Shown here: positions 25,190 to 35,916 of the stretch, in pieces
How positions within the stretch are numbered: the first letter of the stretch is position 1
Layout of the letters: each line of letters opens with the position of its first letter
Assembly (NCBI GenBank): GCA_963728565.1
Contig: CAVSLC010000010.1
Location: forward strand, 1-64,000
DNA length: 64,000 nt
Direction of reading: 5' to 3'
Origin: an uncultured delta proteobacterium
Lineage (GTDB): Bacteria; Desulfobacterota; Binatia; UBA9968
Translations under genes and position numbers: made by a program
Notes under the pieces: generated by a model
What the model was told of the DNA's origin: nothing
What the model saw: the letters and a program-made list of their open reading frames with translations, nothing else
The model's database searches: none

Positions 25190-25228
25190 AAAAAGGCTTC
25201 TCACCGGTCAACGGTGAGAAGCCTTTTT
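25190..25228. terminator. Rho-independent (bidirectional-type) terminator
   Basis: AAAAAGGCTTCTCACCG-gtcaa-CGGTGAGAAGCCTTTTT. Confidence 0.9.
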
Positions 25229-25527
25229 GCGTTGCGTTAACCGATAAGCTCTAATCAAGGGTCGACTAAGCCTAATTCGGCTACGTTCCCTTCCTCTCTC
25301 TCCGACCTTGTGAGGCTTGAATCAAGAATGATTCGGCGAACTAATGGCTCGAATCGTCTCAGGTATGATGCAAAATCCTGATGTAGGGAGCGCAACATCG
25401 GAACCGTCCCACATATGCATTAGGTCGCTTTTTATTTGTTCTACTTTCAAGACGAGCGACAATCCGCCGCTTTAGTTCTCCTCTTCCGACCGAGGCTTCA
25501 TTGAATCTCGGAGTTGAGTCGCAGGCA

Positions 25528-25543
25528 TGGCACATCCATTGCT
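25528..25543 (+). promoter_or_regulatory. sigma54 -24/-12 promoter
   Basis: TGGCACATCCATTGCT. Confidence 0.85.
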
Positions 25544-25586
25544 GTTTGTACCTTTCGACATCGGGTGCAAACGAAAGGAAGGTTAG

Positions 25587-25811
25587 ATGAAAACTTATTT
25601 GCTGTTGCTGGCGTTAGTGATGCTGACTCAATCTAGTTGTGCCTTTCTCGGTGGAGCTGCGACAGGAGCAGTGGCCGCCGGCGCGGGTTACGAGATACAG
25701 GCGAAAAGACAAATGGATCGGTTGGACGAAGATTTTAAAAATAGAAGGATATCCCGCGAGGAGTATGAAGATCGTCGAAAGCAAATAGAAAAAGGATCGA
25801 TCATCTACTAG
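25587..25811 (+). CDS. Small lipoprotein with a glycine-zipper and SHOCT-like C-terminus
   Basis: Lipobox-like QSSC; GGAATGAVAAGAG; ISREEYEDRRKQI. Confidence 0.8.
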   Translation: MKTYLLLLALVMLTQSSCAFLGGAATGAVAAGAGYEIQAKRQMDRLDEDFKNRRISREEYEDRRKQIEKGSIIY

Positions 25812-25817
25812 GGATCG

Positions 25818-26510
25818 ATGTTGAAGTCGATGAAGCAGTTTTATCTAACTCCGGTAGCCATCCTAGCGACCGTGCTGTCGGCGTGCGTGATCGCCGATGG
25901 CGCGGCGCCGCGGCCGGAGAGCAGGAACGATGATCGGCGTCAGCCGGCGAATACACGCCAAATAGATTCTCGGCAAGCCGAGCGGTTTTATCGCATCATG
26001 ACACCGCTGCTAAAGAATATGGACCGTCCGAAATCGCCGAAAGATGTGAGGATCGGCATTATCGATGAAGCCGACATCAATGCAGCGAATGCCGGCGGTG
26101 GGGAGTTCTACGTGACCACCGGTCTGTTGGAGAAGGCCAGCGACGAACAGTTGCGCGGCATCATGGCCCATGAAATCGCTCACGATGATCTAGGCCATGT
26201 CGCCAAGGCTCAGGGTCTTGGCGTCGGCTTGAATTTAGGAGTGATACTTCTCGAGCAGCTTATACCTGGCAGCAGCGCGGTGACGCCGATCGCTGGCAGT
26301 CTCATCGCCCGTGGCTATAGCCGGAACGAAGAATATGCTGCGGATCGCCATGGTGTCGAAATCTTACGGCGCGCCGGGTATTCCAAAGATGTTTTGATCA
26401 ATGCGCTAAATTGGGTTTCTCGAAGTTCGGGAGGCGGAGGAGGCGGAGGCTTTCTATCTACCCATCCAGCCACGGAAGATCGTATCGCGCAGTTAGAAAA
26501 ATTGCGTTAG
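25818..26510 (+). CDS. M48-family metallopeptidase lipoprotein
   Basis: LSAC lipobox; INAAN; HEIAH; YSRNEEYAAD; FLSTHP. Confidence 0.9.
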   Translation: MLKSMKQFYLTPVAILATVLSACVIADGAAPRPESRNDDRRQPANTRQIDSRQAERFYRIMTPLLKNMDRPKSPKDVRIGIIDEADINAANAGGGEFYVTTGLLEKASDEQLRGIMAHEIAHDDLGHVAKAQGLGVGLNLGVILLEQLIPGSSAVTPIAGSLIARGYSRNEEYAADRHGVEILRRAGYSKDVLINALNWVSRSSGGGGGGGFLSTHPATEDRIAQLEKLR

Positions 26511-26524
26511 CAAAGGACGCGCGC

Positions 26525-27136
26525 GTGAAACCACAACCCGTGCTAACGACGCCTCGCGCGATTTTTACTATAGCCGCGGTTTCGGCAGTGCCCATGATCC
26601 ATTGGGGCTGTGAAGAGCTTGCCTTGCTGGGGCGACCAGCACTGGACGCACACTCCCGCCGCGAGAACGTCGAGTTTATCGGCACGATTGAGGAGTCGGA
26701 CCATAGCCGTCGCGAGCTTTACCTACGCACCCAAGGAGGGCAGAGCCAGATCGTCACGTATACAAACCGCACACGGGCCGCCTTTGAGGGAAAGGAAATT
26801 TCCCCCAGCGAACTCGGTCGCGGCGACATGATCGAGGTTCGGATGCATGCAACAGCCGACGGGCGCGCGGTGGCGGACTCGATTGACCTGCGTGAACGCG
26901 GATACGGCGACTCCATCGTTGAAGGGATCATTGAGCGGGTGCTCAGTGATCGCCGGATCATCGAGCTGCGTACTGCCTCGGGCGCTTTAACCAGCGTGTA
27001 TTTGCCGCAGAATTCTCCTGAAGTCGCTGAGGCAGAGTTGAGCCCATTGCGCTCCGGCGATTTTGTTCGCTTTCAAGGCGTCTTCTTAGGCGAGAATCGA
27101 TTCGAATTAACGCGAATTCTTAAGCAGTCCGAATGA
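26525..27136 (+). CDS. Putative lipoprotein with two OB-fold-like (DUF5666-like) repeats
   Basis: WGC; two repeats G.IE..../L..GD.V; start uncertain. Confidence 0.6.
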   Translation: MKPQPVLTTPRAIFTIAAVSAVPMIHWGCEELALLGRPALDAHSRRENVEFIGTIEESDHSRRELYLRTQGGQSQIVTYTNRTRAAFEGKEISPSELGRGDMIEVRMHATADGRAVADSIDLRERGYGDSIVEGIIERVLSDRRIIELRTASGALTSVYLPQNSPEVAEAELSPLRSGDFVRFQGVFLGENRFELTRILKQSE

Positions 27137-27152
27137 CGAAGGAGAGTCTTCG

Positions 27153-27290
27153 ATGCAGTTTTACATTTCCTTGCAGCCGCTGATCGCCTTGATTGCCGGA
27201 ATCCTTATTTTGCTGGTGCCCAGATTGCTGAATTATGTCGTAGCTATTTACTTGATCGTCACCGGGATTCTCGGGCTGACGAGAATGTAG
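27153..27290 (+). CDS. DUF3096-family small membrane protein (45 aa, absent from ORF track)
   Basis: AAGGAG RBS; QPLIALIAGILILLVPRLLNYVVAIYLIVTG. Confidence 0.88.
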   Translation: MQFYISLQPLIALIAGILILLVPRLLNYVVAIYLIVTGILGLTRM

Positions 27291-27383
27291 AAGGGATCGG
27301 TGAAAGCACCCGACAAATTCGAAACGAGAACGGTTGAATATTGTGTTCTCTAAACCCGCGTACACGCGGAGGAGGATAAAGCC

Positions 27384-27548
27384 ATGCTCAGTTGGGCAAT
27401 CACTTTTCTGATTATCGGATTAATCGCAGGGGTTCTGGGACTCACCGGGATCGCCGGAGCGGCTACACAAATTGCCTGGATCCTGTTTGTAGTATTCCTG
27501 GTTTTGTTCGTCGTCAGTCTGGTAATGGGTCGCCGCTCAGGGGTTTAA
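27384..27548 (+). CDS. DUF1328 (YtjA/UPF0391) small membrane protein (54 aa, absent from ORF track)
   Basis: GGAGGAGG RBS; [35 protein letters not shown]. Confidence 0.9.
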   Translation: MLSWAITFLIIGLIAGVLGLTGIAGAATQIAWILFVVFLVLFVVSLVMGRRSGV

Positions 27549-27623
27549 GGCAGGCATACATCAAAGTCGCGAATAGCAATATGTTTGCGCAGCATCCGGA
27601 GCTTTGGAGTGCTGAGGTGAATC

Positions 27624-28025
27624 GTGAAATCTTTTCGCATCCTCGTCGTCGATGAAAATCAGGATCTTCTCGAACTGATCGCGAAGTACTTGGAGCTATG
27701 CGGTTGGCGCGCGTTGGCAGCAAACAGCCAGCAGGATTTTTGGCTACAGCTCGAGCGGCAAAGGCCCGATTTGATATTGCTCGACGTAACGATTTCAGGC
27801 AGGGAAGCTTCTTCGTTGCTTAGCGAGCTCAAGAGCGGTTCGCGCTTCACCGATATTCCGGTGATAGCCATGGCGGCGATGGGCTCCATTCGGGAGAAAA
27901 ATCTCTGGATCGCTGCGGGATGTGACCGAGTTCTAGGCAAGCCATTTCACTTGGACGAGTTGCGCCGGCTGATCGAGTGTTTTGCTAATCACCAAAAAAA
28001 CGAACGAAGAGCAGGAGGAATCACA
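27624..28025 (+). CDS. Receiver (REC) domain reading in frame into the downstream BON gene
   Basis: ILVVDEN, LILLDV, IPVIAM, LGKPF; no stop codon before 28026. Confidence 0.7.
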
Positions 28026-28337
28026 ATGAAGAAACCGACGAGACATTTTGCCGCAGTAGCGCTCTTAGCTGTCGCGCTTTCCGGGTGCCAAACGATGACC
28101 GGTCGAACGGCGGGGCAGAATGTTGACGACGCGCGTATCTCGACCGCGGTACAGGCCACCTTGACGTCGGACAAGGCGTCGAATTTTACCCGTATCGATG
28201 TCGATACCACAAACGGCGTGGTTTACTTGAACGGCACGGTACAAAGCGCCGAACAGAAGGCGCGAGCCGAGCAGTTAGCGGGTCGTGTCGATGGTGTCAA
28301 GAAGGTTGTCAATAACCTTCAAGTGGGTAAATCCTAG
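28026..28337 (+). CDS. BON-domain (OsmY-like) lipoprotein
   Basis: AGGAGG RBS, LSGC lipobox, DDARIS..IDVDTTNGVVYLNG..GVKKVVNNL. Confidence 0.9.
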   Translation: MKKPTRHFAAVALLAVALSGCQTMTGRTAGQNVDDARISTAVQATLTSDKASNFTRIDVDTTNGVVYLNGTVQSAEQKARAEQLAGRVDGVKKVVNNLQVGKS

Positions 28338-28702
28338 AAGCGCCCGGGTGAACCGCATTTCGTCCTGATCTTCAGTGTGGGCGGCTGCTGTTTCGCCGGA
28401 AGATAGATGGACAACGAACTTGATTCGAGATGGCAGGCAACCCGTCCGCGCCAACTCGTGCTCCATGGCATGCCGGGGAAGAGACCGCCCGCGCCCAGGC
28501 GAGAACCTCCAAGCCGGCGAAAGAAGCCGCCGGTCGATGAGCCACCCTCACGTGAACCGAATATATCGGATCCGCGAGACCCGCCTCCCGCTGGCGATCC
28601 GCCGCCCAAGCAGCCCCCTAAGAAGCTCAGCGCAAGTGCTATGCTTGTTTGTCCCGTGGTCTGTGCATCTGTTAACAGGTGGAGCGATAACCGGGCTGTG
28701 CC

Positions 28703-29848
28703 ATGAAGCCGGCCCGGCACGAAGCGCCCGAGCCTCGGCAGGATGAAGGCAAGGCCGATCTCCAGGATTTGCTGCCCACTCAGCGAGCTCTGGATATTCG
28801 CTCGGTTTCGCTCACCGGTCTTTTCGTACTAGCGAGTTTTTATACCCTCTATTTTGCGCGCGATTTTATTTTGCCGATACTGCTGGCGTGGATTTTGAGC
28901 TCTCTCTTGGCGCCAATCGTTCGCCTCTTCAAACGTGTGCGTATTCCCGAGCCGTTAAGCGCCTTGTTTATCATCCTGGCTCTTTTAGGAACGCTATCCT
29001 CGGGCGCCTACAGTTTGTCTGATCCGGCCGCGCAATGGATTCAACGGGCGCCACAAAGCTTGAGCGGAGTGCGCGCGAAACTGCAAAGCATCCTGGGGCC
29101 GGTGCAAGGAGTTCAGGAGACTACCAAAGAACTGGAAAAGATGACGAGCTTGGGCAAGGGCGAGGAAACCACCGCAGTGGAAATAAAAAAACCCGGCTTG
29201 GGTGAAGTCGTCCTCAGCGGGGCGAAAAATTTTCTTCTTGCAGGCAGTGTGACCCTGGTGTTGCTTTACTTCCTGCTTGCTTCCGGAGATATGTTTCTGT
29301 TGAAGCTGGTGAAGATTCTGCCGACGTTGGAAAACAAGAAGCGCGCCGTCGAGATTTACCGCCAAATCGAAGCCGATGTATCGACCTATCTTTCTGTGGT
29401 GACTCTCATCAACCTCGGCTTTGGCTGCATCATCGGCTCTTCAATGTATCTGCTCGGTATGCCAAATCCACTGCTATGGGGAGTCATGGCCGCCGTTCTC
29501 GCGTATATTCCATATCTCGGCTCTCTGATCGGCATCAGCACGGTGACCGTGGTGGCGATTTTAACCTTTGACGATATCTTCCGCATCATTATGGTCCCGT
29601 CTATTTATTTCGCCCTCGATACGGTTGAAGCCAACTTGGTGACGCCGATGATTTTAGGCCGGAGACTTGCTTTGAATCCGGTAGTTATTTTTATCTGGCT
29701 CATCTTCTGCGGCTGGATTTGGGGTATCACCGGTGCTTTACTGGCGGTGCCGCTCCTGGCGATTATCAAAATCATCTCCGATAAAGTCGAGCAACTTGCG
29801 CCAATTGGCGAATTCCTCGGCAGCGAGAGCAAGGCCGCCTCGCCCTGA
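28703..29848 (+). CDS. AI-2E family transporter
   Basis: Multi-TM; LGMPNPLLWG, YIPYLG, EANLVTPMILGRRLALNP, WGITGALLAVP. Confidence 0.9.
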   Translation: MKPARHEAPEPRQDEGKADLQDLLPTQRALDIRSVSLTGLFVLASFYTLYFARDFILPILLAWILSSLLAPIVRLFKRVRIPEPLSALFIILALLGTLSSGAYSLSDPAAQWIQRAPQSLSGVRAKLQSILGPVQGVQETTKELEKMTSLGKGEETTAVEIKKPGLGEVVLSGAKNFLLAGSVTLVLLYFLLASGDMFLLKLVKILPTLENKKRAVEIYRQIEADVSTYLSVVTLINLGFGCIIGSSMYLLGMPNPLLWGVMAAVLAYIPYLGSLIGISTVTVVAILTFDDIFRIIMVPSIYFALDTVEANLVTPMILGRRLALNPVVIFIWLIFCGWIWGITGALLAVPLLAIIKIISDKVEQLAPIGEFLGSESKAASP

Positions 29849-29877
29849 CGCTGCACGCCAAGGCAATGAAGAAGGGG

Positions 29878-32800
29878 TTAATACCGTTTGTGCCACAGAA
29901 TGCCGACACCGCTTGTACCAGTGGTGGACGTCGAGCTGGTGATCTTCCAATCGGGTCCGATCTGGTATTCTATCGCGACTTCCCGTCCCGCTTCTCCCGC
30001 CAATTCCTGAGAGATGGAAATATAGGTGCGGTTACCTATGTAACGGCCGAAGCCGATCTGACCGCCGGTAATATCGATTTCTCCAAGGTCGAGTCCAAGT
30101 CTATCCAATCCCAGGGCGTCGGACACAGCGCTTGCAACCTTCGCTGCCGCTAAACCCCCGGCCATCTCCATTGCGCTTTGCTGCAAAGTGCTCTGTTCAG
30201 TTCGACTGAGCGCATTGAGCGGCTTGCCGAAGATGAGGAGAGCCAAAATATCGGCCTGCTCCAAGGGCGGTTCGCTGCGCATGGTCAGAGCAGGCTTAGC
30301 TAGAGTTCCGTTTATGGTTACGTCGACTTGGTATTGCTGTAGGCGGTATTGCGCCAGGATGTCGAGCCCCGGGTTGATCGTTTCGCCACCTGTGAATTCG
30401 ATGGTGCCGCGGATTATATTGAAGCGCCTACCTTGAAATCCAATCCAGCCTCGCACGGCTGCGATTTGTCCGGTCAGCGCAATGTCTTTTCCGGTCTGTT
30501 TGACGGCACGCAATTTGCCGCTGAGCTCCACATTGGCATCAGGATGCCTGATCCAGACCTGATTCGGCATCACGACAGTTAAGTCCAGTCTGGCGTTTTT
30601 CAACAGCTCACTGTCCGGCGATTGTTTTTCAGCTCGGAGCGGTCGAGTCTCTGAGGTTTGGCTCTGATTTCGGCTCCCCATAACGACGATGGTTTCATCC
30701 CGCGTTAACCGTCTCTTGCCACTACCCAGAAAAGCCAAGTCGGGGCGCAGCTCGGCATTGAGGACCTCGAGCTGGCCCTTCAAGGAAGGTTTACCCAAAG
30801 GTCCCTGCGCTTCGATATTTCCCGCCACCATTGCTCGATATCGTTGTGTTTCGATAGCTGGCCAGCGCGAAAGGGAGAGAGAAACTTTGAAATCCTCCGG
30901 GCTATAATCTTTCAGAGACAGGATACCACTGCCGTTTAAACGGCCGTCTTTGGCGCGGGCGGAAATCTGGCGCAGCGAAACAGTTTGTCCGTCGAATTTT
31001 CCGTCTGCGTTGATGGCGGCGATCTGCACGCCAAGCGGCTTAATCGTCACGCCTCCGTCTTGCAGCTTGAATGTGCCGCGAAGTATCGGTTTGGCGATCG
31101 GGCCTTGGGCAGTGACATCCAATGTGATGATGCCCGCTATGCTCTGCGCCGCGTCTCCACTGAACGCATTTAAAAAAGCGATGCTCAAACCGCTCGATTG
31201 AACTCGCAGGTTCATATCTCCGGTGGCTTGCGCTTGCCAAAGAGGGCTCCATCTCAGAATGAGCGGAATCGTGCCGTTTGCGGTCAAGACATGATCGGCG
31301 TCCTGGCGCACGGTCAACTTTACATCTGCGCTGCCAGACCTGTATGTGATATCACCTATAAGGCCGCCGTAGCTTTGTCCTCCGATGCTACCATCTGTTA
31401 GATTTGCTGATGCGCTGATTTCCGGCGCCGCCGCCGTTCCGGTAACCTGAGCACGCACTGCCAAAGTTCCAGTCATGGGAAGCGGTTGCGCTAAAAATGC
31501 CGAGACTGTGCTGATCGGGAAACCTTCTACCCTGACCGCGAGATCCTGTTTACCGCTGGTTGCGAATCGGCCGTTGATCGCCACCTGTTGGACGCGATTT
31601 CTTAGCAGCAAACCATCGATGTCGAAGTTATCGCCGCGTACCGTGATCGTTGCCGGTCGGGAGAGCTGCCAAACTCCATCATCGAGGCTCAAGCCGACCC
31701 GATCGAGCCGAGCGACCACCAGTTGCGGCTGATAGTCCACTTGCCCCGCGAGAATATGCGTGCGCTTGGCCTGATCCACGGCTTTCAAATCGATCCCGAT
31801 CTCATAATTCTCTTTAATGGAGAGTCCTATGGCGCCCTCGAGTCTTTGCAGCGGGATTCCTGCTTGGATTTCAGCGAGTCTAACCTTCATGGTTCCTTGC
31901 GGCAGGGACTGCGTACCAGCGAGGCGGAGGTCAAAATCGATGCTGCCGCTCTTGATTGTCGTATCCTGCAGCCGTAATCCCGCAAGCTTCATCGTGCCTT
32001 GTGACCGGAGGTCGGCGATATTGCCGCTGGCGAGTCCGGATAGTTCGAGGGAACCCGAACCTTGCTGATTTGCTAAAGCGAGCCAGGGCGTCAGATTCGC
32101 TGACCGCACAACATAATCGAGCCTGCCGCTTTGTTTTGTCTCCAGACCGACGTCGCCCTTCACTGTAAGAATCGAATCCTCCGTTCTGGCAGTTGCGAGG
32201 ATAATCTGAAGCCGCTGCTGCGCCAGACTGGCTACGAGAGAACCTTGTTGCACCTTCACCGGCCCAATCGTAGACGGCAAAATTTTCAGCTCGGTGCGGA
32301 CGATGACGTCATGCTGGGTGAGTCCGGCCCCTTTGAGGGTGCCTTTAAAATTGAGGTTTCCCTCGAGGCCAGCTGCACCGCTCACGGTTTTTTGGATATC
32401 AAGGTTATCTACCGATAGCGCCAGATCGTACGCCGGTTTATCTTTGAAAGAGATCTCGCCGTTCCATGAGGCGCCGCCGATCTTGCTCTTGAGTCTTCCG
32501 GCGATGGTGGCCACGTTTTCGCGCAGGCGGCCGTCGATCGAAATATCTCCCAAGGTCCATCCACCAACCACCGCAGATTGCATCTTGATCACGCCTTTGG
32601 CATCGACACCGGAAAGCTCAAGACCACTGGCTTGGCCTTCGATGCTGGCGTTCAGAACCCCCGCCACATCGTTCCTGCCGAGTAACGTCCTTACATCAAA
32701 GCCGGTTAAGGTTATCGTTCCACGATAGCGCGGCGTCTCCTGCGCGGTTTCGATCTGGAGGCTCGCCGCCAACCTGGCGCTCGCCGCGGCTAGATTGAGA

Positions 32801-33681
32801 TCGACGACCAGCGCATCGAGCGGTCCGTTGATGCTGATGGCCCCAGCGACATCTCGTCTAAGCGGCCAGTCGGCAAAGAAACGGCCAATGTCGTGCGGGG
32901 CAAGCCTTTCCACGGCGATTTTCGCGTCCACGTTAACGGCCTGGAGATCGGTGAGTTTGCCGCTCACTCTCGCGTGCGACTCTCCCGTGCTTACCAGAAG
33001 ATTCGCTACTTCAAACGTGTCGGTACCGGCGGTCTCATGGTAGACCATCGCTCCATTTACGCTGAGTTCCGGCAGGCCCGGCGTACTAAGGCGCGATGCA
33101 ACGCGGCTGAGGTCGATGGTGACGTTTTTGGGTTGAACATGGATCCGGCCTTCGAGACTCAGGTCATCGAGAGAATAGTTTTGTGGTTTTGGACCCGCAA
33201 GGCTCAGATCGACATGTCCCTCGCGCAAGGCAATTGAATTCAACAGCACCACGAGCCCGGAATCTTCCTCGCTCTGTGGCTGTCTTGGGGAAAAAGCTTG
33301 CACGATGTTCAGCTGATTATCTTCATCACGTCTCAAACGAAGCGTCGGCCGGCTGCCTGTGAGTTGAAAAATGTGCAAGCGACCCCATATCAGTGGGAAT
33401 AGTGAGTAGGAAATCGTCAGTTCGTGCACCTCGAGAATCTCAGCGCCCTCGTGACGTACGACGACATCATGCAGAATAACATTGCCCCAGATAGAGCCGT
33501 CGATTCCGCCTAAACTTATGGAGCCCACGATCGTATCGTTGATCGCCGTCACCAGTTTATCGCGGACAAATTCACGAAACCGATCGGTGTGAGAAATGGC
33601 TGCTACCGCAATGACGAGGATGAGCAGCAAAAACGCGAGCCCAAGACCGATTCGACGGATGATGGCCAGTACCCTTCTCAT
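29878..33681 (-). CDS. tamB: Translocation/assembly module TamB (AsmA-like, C-terminal DUF490)
   Basis: N-terminal anchor, long beta-taco repeats, SEPPLEQADILALLIFG, GRYIGNRTYISI, terminal KRY; follows a TamA-like gene. Confidence 0.88.
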   Translation of the reverse strand: MRRVLAIIRRIGLGLAFLLLILVIAVAAISHTDRFREFVRDKLVTAINDTIVGSISLGGIDGSIWGNVILHDVVVRHEGAEILEVHELTISYSLFPLIWGRLHIFQLTGSRPTLRLRRDEDNQLNIVQAFSPRQPQSEEDSGLVVLLNSIALREGHVDLSLAGPKPQNYSLDDLSLEGRIHVQPKNVTIDLSRVASRLSTPGLPELSVNGAMVYHETAGTDTFEVANLLVSTGESHARVSGKLTDLQAVNVDAKIAVERLAPHDIGRFFADWPLRRDVAGAISINGPLDALVVDLNLAAASARLAASLQIETAQETPRYRGTITLTGFDVRTLLGRNDVAGVLNASIEGQASGLELSGVDAKGVIKMQSAVVGGWTLGDISIDGRLRENVATIAGRLKSKIGGASWNGEISFKDKPAYDLALSVDNLDIQKTVSGAAGLEGNLNFKGTLKGAGLTQHDVIVRTELKILPSTIGPVKVQQGSLVASLAQQRLQIILATARTEDSILTVKGDVGLETKQSGRLDYVVRSANLTPWLALANQQGSGSLELSGLASGNIADLRSQGTMKLAGLRLQDTTIKSGSIDFDLRLAGTQSLPQGTMKVRLAEIQAGIPLQRLEGAIGLSIKENYEIGIDLKAVDQAKRTHILAGQVDYQPQLVVARLDRVGLSLDDGVWQLSRPATITVRGDNFDIDGLLLRNRVQQVAINGRFATSGKQDLAVRVEGFPISTVSAFLAQPLPMTGTLAVRAQVTGTAAAPEISASANLTDGSIGGQSYGGLIGDITYRSGSADVKLTVRQDADHVLTANGTIPLILRWSPLWQAQATGDMNLRVQSSGLSIAFLNAFSGDAAQSIAGIITLDVTAQGPIAKPILRGTFKLQDGGVTIKPLGVQIAAINADGKFDGQTVSLRQISARAKDGRLNGSGILSLKDYSPEDFKVSLSLSRWPAIETQRYRAMVAGNIEAQGPLGKPSLKGQLEVLNAELRPDLAFLGSGKRRLTRDETIVVMGSRNQSQTSETRPLRAEKQSPDSELLKNARLDLTVVMPNQVWIRHPDANVELSGKLRAVKQTGKDIALTGQIAAVRGWIGFQGRRFNIIRGTIEFTGGETINPGLDILAQYRLQQYQVDVTINGTLAKPALTMRSEPPLEQADILALLIFGKPLNALSRTEQSTLQQSAMEMAGGLAAAKVASAVSDALGLDRLGLDLGEIDITGGQIGFGRYIGNRTYISISQELAGEAGREVAIEYQIGPDWKITSSTSTTGTSGVGILWHKRY

Positions 33682-33683
33682 GG

Positions 33684-35516
33684 TTAGAAGGCAGCTCCTA
33701 CACTGAAGTGAATTTGCCAAGGGCGATCGCCGCGCGGGGGATCGAAAGGAAAACCTATATCTAGCCGCAACGGTCCTATAGGAGTGGTATAACTCAGGCC
33801 GAAGCCGGTTGAGAACCGTAGATCATTGACGGGAATGTCAAAGGTTTTCAACGACACCTGCCCAAAGTCGACAAATACGGCCCCGCCTAGCTCTCGCCAC
33901 ACTGGACGACGTAGCTCCAGCGAACCCTCAATCAGGCTGAGGCCGCCGAGCGGTTCATCGGCGCTGTTGAGCGGGCCGAGCCGGCGTCTTTCAAAACCGC
34001 GGACACTGCTCTGGCCGCCGGCGAAAAAGCGTTCGAACAAAGGATAGTTCTTTTTTGAACCGATCGCATCGGCAACTCCGAGCTTTAAACGTCCGGCCAG
34101 GATCGTTTCCCACCCGATCGCAAGATACTTTTTTGCCTCGCTTCTCAACTTGAAGAATCCATATTGGCCACCCCAGATGGCGCCCCCTTGATCCGCACTT
34201 ATCGACACTATCTCGCCTCGGGTGGGCTGGAACAGGTCATCCGTGCTGTTCCAAACCAGGCCCAAGCTGGGACCCGTCAAAATCCCTTTGGTTCTGATTT
34301 CACCGAGTGCCTGGGACGTCGCTGCTGACACCTCGGTAAGTTTATTATTCTCGATGCGATAGTCCGCAAAACCGAGAAGCCTGCGGGAGAAGCGATGCTC
34401 AAGCCGTCCCGAAAAACGAGTCGCGGTGCGATGGAAGGTTTCTTCTTCTTCATATTCGTGGCGCAGGTTGAGCCCGCCTTGGGTGCGCCGTGTGAGAAAG
34501 TGAGGCTGGATAAAATCGATCGCGCCGCTGGCGATTATCGAAGAGTATTTTCCTCGGATCGACAAACGCCTTCCGTCGCCGAGCCAATTTTGGTGGCGCC
34601 AATCCAGAGAGACTCGGAATTCCTCCTCGGTGCTGTAGCCGATTCCGAAACTGAGTTCCCGGGGCGGTTTTTCACTAACTTGAACTTCCATGGGAACCAC
34701 TGTCGAGGTTCCGGCGCCTTCCTGAGGGTTTATTCGCAGCGCGCTGAACAGGTCCAGTGCCAAGATTTGCTGCCGTGATTCACTGATTTTTGTCAGTGAA
34801 AAGGTTTCTCCGGGCCGGTAGGCGAGTTCTCTTAGAATCAGATACGGCTCGATTTCTTGGATTCCTTTGACTTCGGTTTCACCAAACACCGCCTTGGGTC
34901 CGGGCTGCGCCGAGTAGCGGATACGAACTTGATGTTGATCGAGGTCAACCTCGGCGCGGCGTTGTGTTTGGGCGTGTGCGTGGCCGTTGTCCATTAGATA
35001 ATTGCGCAGCAGTAGTTCCCCATCCTGATATTCCTGCTCCTTGAAAATTTCGCCGAGCGTGACGGGAAGTTTCTCCGGCAAACGCGGATTATCTTGCTCC
35101 GTCGGCCCAGTCTCGATCCTTACCACGACCTGCGAGATGACCACCGGACGATTTTCTTCCACGAAAACCCGCGGGCTGACGAGACCCCGGGTCTCATCCA
35201 CCGCGAGATCGTGAGTAATACGGCTTCGGTAATATCCCTCTGCTTCATAGAACCGGCCCAATCGGGCCAGGTCGGTCGCGAACGTGACAGGGTCGAAGAG
35301 CGGCCGCTCTTCCCAAAATCGATACCAGGGACGTGATTGCGTGATCATTTCCGCCATAAGTTGGCTGTCGGAAAAATGGTCGTTGCCTGAAATCTCGATT
35401 TTATCGACCCGCCATTCGCGGCTCGGGTCGAGCGCTTCGACTTGAATGGCGGAAGCGCGGCACGTCAACAGCAGCCACATCGATATCGCAGAGAACAAAC
35501 AGGGTATGAATTTCAT
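33684..35516 (-). CDS. tamA: TamA/BamA-family Omp85 protein (3 POTRA + barrel)
   Basis: Signal peptide, POTRA repeats, RFFAGGQSSVRGF, TPIGPLRLD, terminal F. Confidence 0.88.
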   Translation of the reverse strand: MKFIPCLFSAISMWLLLTCRASAIQVEALDPSREWRVDKIEISGNDHFSDSQLMAEMITQSRPWYRFWEERPLFDPVTFATDLARLGRFYEAEGYYRSRITHDLAVDETRGLVSPRVFVEENRPVVISQVVVRIETGPTEQDNPRLPEKLPVTLGEIFKEQEYQDGELLLRNYLMDNGHAHAQTQRRAEVDLDQHQVRIRYSAQPGPKAVFGETEVKGIQEIEPYLILRELAYRPGETFSLTKISESRQQILALDLFSALRINPQEGAGTSTVVPMEVQVSEKPPRELSFGIGYSTEEEFRVSLDWRHQNWLGDGRRLSIRGKYSSIIASGAIDFIQPHFLTRRTQGGLNLRHEYEEEETFHRTATRFSGRLEHRFSRRLLGFADYRIENNKLTEVSAATSQALGEIRTKGILTGPSLGLVWNSTDDLFQPTRGEIVSISADQGGAIWGGQYGFFKLRSEAKKYLAIGWETILAGRLKLGVADAIGSKKNYPLFERFFAGGQSSVRGFERRRLGPLNSADEPLGGLSLIEGSLELRRPVWRELGGAVFVDFGQVSLKTFDIPVNDLRFSTGFGLSYTTPIGPLRLDIGFPFDPPRGDRPWQIHFSVGAAF

Positions 35517-35916
35517 TTCCAGCTAATCTCGAAGCCCAGTTCTCAACAAACACCGTGATCAACCCAGGTGAATTGTTCGCTTTCTTGCCTTGGCTGCTGC
35601 GCGGTTATCGCTCCATCGTTTACAAGCGTTCTCCACGGGCAGATTCGGTTCATTTAAGTTTCCACCCTTTTTTCCCGTGCTCAATAGGCTCGCAGCCGGC
35701 GCACCATGCGCATCCCGACAGAATTGATCCGGCCGTGCCTTTCTCGATCGAGGCTCCGCTGATCATTCCAGTGTGTCCGAATGATTGGAGCTCGAAGCCG
35801 GGTGGGCTGTGAAAGTGCTGACAAAAGGCCGGCAAGGCTGCTGAGAACGCGGTCGTGTGTTCTGACTCTATCGATGCGATCGAGGAATCGGCTTAATCGC
35901 CATCCATGGACATGGC

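Noticed and set aside
28407-28706. Proline-rich ORF before the AI-2E gene
   Set aside because: No clear RBS or family motif; may be real but is unsupported
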